From: Clostridiales bacterium | GTDB taxonomy: Bacteria; Bacillota; Clostridia; Christensenellales; UBA1242 | Assembly: GCA_015055515.1 (NCBI GenBank) | Contig: SVIC01000006.1 | Location: 765 to 64,764 of the forward strand | Reading direction: 5' to 3' | DNA: 64,000 nucleotides | In this document: one piece after another, positions 60,279 through 64,000 of the stretch | How positions within the stretch are numbered: position 1 is the first letter of the stretch | Layout of the letters: every line of letters starts with the position of its first letter | Made by a program: the position numbers and the translations under genes | The notes under the pieces: model-generated | Told to the model about the DNA's origin: nothing | What the model saw: only the letters and a program-made list of their open reading frames with translations | Database searches by the model: none

Positions 60279-61337
60279 TTAGATATTTAATTTGAAATTG
60301 ATATCTGCCATACGATCGGTTGTCACATATCCTGCTGGAGCAGCAACTACATCTGGTAGACGGTTTACAATACTAGCGCAGGTCATCTCTACAGTCTGAG
60401 GCTTAGAGATTGTAACTGTTGTAGTTGGCTCACCCTCTATTGTCCACTCATTCTGATCGAACTCATCTGGGCCATATACTTTACCAATACACTCTGTCTC
60501 TAATGTAATACCCTCTTTGGTAGTAGTGGTTACGACCGCACTCATACCAGTAGCATTACCCTTTGGAATAGTCATACCAAGTGTTGATGACTTAAGATCC
60601 TTCTTATAGGTATGAGGTACACATTTCTGAGTCTGATTAAGAACTGTTAGACCTAATTTCTCACACAACCAGCCATTAACTGTCCACATATATGATGGAG
60701 AGTACTCGCCGTTGTCTATCATCTTCTTTCTAGCCTTGTCTGTAATTCTATCTACAGATGCAATCTTCTTATCAAATTCTTCTAGTGTCAATCCTGCCCC
60801 GTGAACTTCTGCTAGAGCAATACCATAGTCCTCTACGTTATATGATGACTTACCCTTAATCTTTGTAATTTTTTGAGTTGATCCAGCGATAACTGAGATA
60901 AGGCTACCCCAAGAAGTATCCTGATATCCACTACCAGTAAGTGTACAGTTGTTTGCCTTGGCTACCTTGTCTAGTTCTGCAGTAATCTTTGGAGAAGAAT
61001 TTGCTGGGAAGAACGCCTCTTCACAAGTAGAGATAGCGTTAACTCCACACTTAGCACAAGTCATCATTACATCATATATGTCATTCATTAGGCTCATTGT
61101 AGTAATGATTGCTACATCTGGCTTATTTTTCTTTAGTGATGCCTCAAGATTGGCTACACTCTCAATTACAACACCTCTTTTCTTTCCACCAAGAACGAAA
61201 GATATGTCCTGACCAATTCTGTCTTGTGCAACATCATATGCACAGACCATCTTGCCACCCTTTTCTTCTACATAACGCATTGTATATAGTGACATTTTGC
61301 CACAACCAATCTGCGCCACTCTTAAACTTTTCTTCAT
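60279..61337 (-). CDS. NAD(P)-binding oxidoreductase, DapB-N / amine-dehydrogenase-like family
   Basis: 352 aa. N-terminal Rossmann ..LRVAQIGCGKMS.. Overall resemblance to 2,4-diaminopentanoate dehydrogenase-type enzymes is from memory only. Confidence 0.45.
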   Translation of the reverse strand: MKKSLRVAQIGCGKMSLYTMRYVEEKGGKMVCAYDVAQDRIGQDISFVLGGKKRGVVIESVANLEASLKKNKPDVAIITTMSLMNDIYDVMMTCAKCGVNAISTCEEAFFPANSSPKITAELDKVAKANNCTLTGSGYQDTSWGSLISVIAGSTQKITKIKGKSSYNVEDYGIALAEVHGAGLTLEEFDKKIASVDRITDKARKKMIDNGEYSPSYMWTVNGWLCEKLGLTVLNQTQKCVPHTYKKDLKSSTLGMTIPKGNATGMSAVVTTTTKEGITLETECIGKVYGPDEFDQNEWTIEGEPTTTVTISKPQTVEMTCASIVNRLPDVVAAPAGYVTTDRMADINFKLNI

Positions 61338-61437
61338 TTTTCAATTCTCCTTAATTTTTATTTATATACATATTATATACTTTACAACCAAATATGATAA
61401 ATAAATTTAGGTAATTTTTATTTTTTAACAATTTATT

Positions 61438-63114
61438 TTAGTGCTTCCAATGGAAAAGCTTATGTGCCAACTCTCTATCGGTAATATAAGTCTCATACAA
61501 TTCTTTCATAAATTTATTATCCGTGCTAATTCTAGCAGTTGCACCCTTGTCTGCATTCATTATAGCATTTGCACGAAGTCTCTTCACTTCATCAACCGAT
61601 ATCTTATCATAATCCACATATGGCTGACCACCGCCATTAATACATCCACCTGGACAAGCCATCACTTCTACAAAGTGATAATCTTTCTTGCCAGAAGCAA
61701 TGTCTTCCATAACCTTTCTAGTATTAGCAAGACCAGATACAATACACAACTTTAATGTAATACCGCCACACTTTACATCCACTTCTTTGATACCATCGGC
61801 ATTACGCACTTCATCAAAGTCGACCTTATCTCTGCCACCTGTTAACTTCTCTGATGCAAATCTTAAAGCCGCCTCAGTCACTCCACCGGACACACCAAAT
61901 ATTAATCCTGCAGATGTATATTCAGATAGTGGTGTATCGAATGGAGTAGGCTCTAGATTTAGATAATCAATACCTGCAGACTTAATCATTCTTGCCAACT
62001 CTCTGGTCGTTAATGCATGATCTACATCCTGTGCTCTTGTCTTCTCATGTTTCTTCGCTGTACAAGGCATAATGTCTACAACCTTAATTGTATCAGCATT
62101 GATATTATTTTGCTTAGAATAATAATCTTTTACCAATGCTCCTAGCATCTCAGTTGGGCTCTTACAAGTAGATAGATTATCTAGATACTGAGGATAATTC
62201 TTCTCTACGAATTGGAACCAACCTGGACAACAAGAACTGAACTGTGGCAGTTTTACGCCTCTCTCAATTCTATCAATTAATTCGTTGGCCTCTTCTAGCA
62301 CTGTAATATCTGCACCAAGGTTAACATCAAATACTTTCTTAAATCCAAGCATCTTCAGCGCAGTTACCATCCTGCCTTCATCAAATGTACCAATCGGTGC
62401 ACCGAATTCTTCTGCTAATGCAACACGCACCGCTGGTGCAATTTGACATGTAACATAAGAATGGTTATCGGATAATAATTTATTAACCTCTGTCACTTCA
62501 GAATGCTCCACAAGTGCTCCTGTTGGACACACCAGCGTACACTGACCGCATCCAATACAAGTACTATTAACTATATCGTTATCAAATACACAACCTACAA
62601 AAGTATTAAAACCACGTTGTTGCTTAGTCAGAGCAGACACACTCTGTATATTGGCACAAACATTCACACACCTGCCACAAAGTATACACTTATTGTCATC
62701 ACGTGTAATACATGGTGACGAATTGTCTATTCTATAATTTTTCTTCTCGTAATCATATTTGCAACTATTTACACCATATTCATTGCACAAATCTTCTAAT
62801 TTGCATACACCTTTTTTCTGGCAATTATCACAGTCCTTATGATGATTAGATATGATCAGTTCCAGTGTCTTTTTTCTAGACTTTGCAATTTTGTCCGAAG
62901 TGGTTACAACCACCATACCATCCGATACTTTTGTAGAGCAAGCAGGCACCAGCCTACCATTTACTTCTACCATACATATTCTACAATTGGAACTATAGCA
63001 CACATCCTTAAGATAACATAAGGTAGGAATAACAATATCATTTCTTCTAGCCACTTCAATGAGTATCTCATCTTTCTCACAAACTACATTTTTGCCATCT
63101 ATAACTATATTCAT
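61438..63114 (-). CDS. hydA: [FeFe]-hydrogenase catalytic subunit (HydA/HndD type)
   Basis: 558 aa with an N-terminal 2Fe-2S plus 4Fe-4S ferredoxin domains and H-cluster motifs FSSCCPGW, MPCTAKKHE and EVMACPGGCINGGGQP. Confidence 0.93.
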   Translation of the reverse strand: MNIVIDGKNVVCEKDEILIEVARRNDIVIPTLCYLKDVCYSSNCRICMVEVNGRLVPACSTKVSDGMVVVTTSDKIAKSRKKTLELIISNHHKDCDNCQKKGVCKLEDLCNEYGVNSCKYDYEKKNYRIDNSSPCITRDDNKCILCGRCVNVCANIQSVSALTKQQRGFNTFVGCVFDNDIVNSTCIGCGQCTLVCPTGALVEHSEVTEVNKLLSDNHSYVTCQIAPAVRVALAEEFGAPIGTFDEGRMVTALKMLGFKKVFDVNLGADITVLEEANELIDRIERGVKLPQFSSCCPGWFQFVEKNYPQYLDNLSTCKSPTEMLGALVKDYYSKQNNINADTIKVVDIMPCTAKKHEKTRAQDVDHALTTRELARMIKSAGIDYLNLEPTPFDTPLSEYTSAGLIFGVSGGVTEAALRFASEKLTGGRDKVDFDEVRNADGIKEVDVKCGGITLKLCIVSGLANTRKVMEDIASGKKDYHFVEVMACPGGCINGGGQPYVDYDKISVDEVKRLRANAIMNADKGATARISTDNKFMKELYETYITDRELAHKLFHWKH

Positions 63115-63116
63115 TT

Positions 63117-64000
63117 TTACTTCCTCCTTATTGCTCCGAACCTACAAGTTGCTACACAAGTACCGCATTTCACACATATATCTTGATCTATTTCAAATGG
63201 GGATTTTATCACACCCTTTATAGCGTTCACAGGGCACTTTCTAGAGCATGCAGAACAACCAATACACTTAGATTTATCTATCTCATATGTCACCAAGTTC
63301 TTACATACACCTGCTCTACATTTCTTATCTCTAATATGCTCTATATACTCATCTTTGAAATATCTAAGAGTAGACAAAACTGGATTAGGAGAACACTGTC
63401 CAAGACCACACAGAGAATTGTCCTTTACATAATTAGCCAATTCTTCTAGTTCATCTAGATCCTCCATCTCACCCCTGCCATCGCAGATTTTTTGCAACAA
63501 TTCTAGCAGTCTCTTATTACCTATTCTACAAGGTGTACATTTGCCACAACTCTCATCTACCGAGAACTCTAGGAAATATTTTGCAATATCTACCATACAA
63601 GTATCTTCATCCATTACAATCATTCCACCAGATCCCATCATAGATCCAAGTGACTTCAAGTTCTCATAATCAATAGGAGTATCTAAATCCTTTGCAGTAA
63701 TACATCCACCACTAGGACCACCCATCTGCACTGCCTTGAACTCTTTGCCATTAGGTATTCCTCCGCCTATGCCATACACAATCTCTCTAATAGTTGTACC
63801 CATAGCCAATTCAACTAGACCTGTATGATTTACTTTACCAGACAAAGCAAATACCTTAGTGCCTTTGCTAGTGTCTGTGCCTATCTTAGAGTACCACTCT
63901 GCACCGTTTAGGATAATATGTGGAATATTAGCATAAGTCTCTACGTTATTAATACTCGTTGGCTTGCCAAGATATCCTTTTACTGCTGGATAAGGAGGCT
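63117..64000 (-). CDS. NuoF-like flavoprotein subunit of the hydrogenase (HydB/HndC), C-terminal part; gene continues beyond the window end
   Basis: The frame stays open upstream of the listed TTG start: ..[26 protein letters not shown]...[15 protein letters not shown].. The C-terminus has two 4Fe-4S ferredoxin motifs. Confidence 0.85.
   Translation of the reverse strand, partial: PPYPAVKGYLGKPTSINNVETYANIPHIILNGAEWYSKIGTDTSKGTKVFALSGKVNHTGLVELAMGTTIREIVYGIGGGIPNGKEFKAVQMGGPSGGCITAKDLDTPIDYENLKSLGSMMGSGGMIVMDEDTCMVDIAKYFLEFSVDESCGKCTPCRIGNKRLLELLQKICDGRGEMEDLDELEELANYVKDNSLCGLGQCSPNPVLSTLRYFKDEYIEHIRDKKCRAGVCKNLVTYEIDKSKCIGCSACSRKCPVNAIKGVIKSPFEIDQDICVKCGTCVATCRFGAIRRK

Overview
AT-rich, gene-dense chromosomal window from a spore-forming low-GC Firmicute. 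It looks Clostridia-like: spo0A, a SigK-like sigma factor, yabP/yabQ/divIC, a type-A RNase P RNA and an [FeFe]-hydrogenase. All calls come from reading the translated ORFs and the nucleotide sequence by eye; no database search was run. Most of the window is core housekeeping on the minus strand. It includes the S10/spc ribosomal operon (1-7190), holA-comEC, mazF, acpS, recX, yigZ, eno, mnmA, rpmF and pta-ackA. It also holds the ffh-rpsP-KH-rimM-trmD-ylqF-rnhB-yraN-rplS block, sigK, obg, nth, hisS, helD, spo0A, pyrG, idi, rlmD, acpP and hydA plus a NuoF-like subunit. RNA genes are rnpB (25256-25595, -) and an initiator tRNA-Met (56568-56644, +). I found no transposase, integrase, CRISPR array or rRNA. 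Eight items deserve a second look. (1) A compact stand-alone condensation-domain / acyl-AMP ligase / carrier-protein cluster sits next to a divergent membrane-tethered XRE regulator and a radical SAM gene (44.8-49.8 kb). (2) A family of three cytoplasmic transglutaminase-like Cys-His-Asp proteins has two members in tandem downstream of the tRNA. (3) Two paralogous N-terminally anchored surface proteins carry near-identical terminator stems. (4) Three GC-rich structured RNA/DNA islands stand out: an 80-nt perfect cloverleaf between sigK and the rnpB promoter, a 90-nt element duplicated exactly in the rpsP-KH spacer, and a 121-nt tRNA-fMet-derived element. (5) A mazF toxin is translationally coupled to an unrecognisable upstream ORF. 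(6) A cysteine desulfurase is interrupted by one in-frame TAG. (7) The pyrG leader has an upstream ORF that ends inside a terminator hairpin. (8) Ribosomal protein L24 carries a Zn-ribbon and a Lys/Thr/Ala-rich tail.
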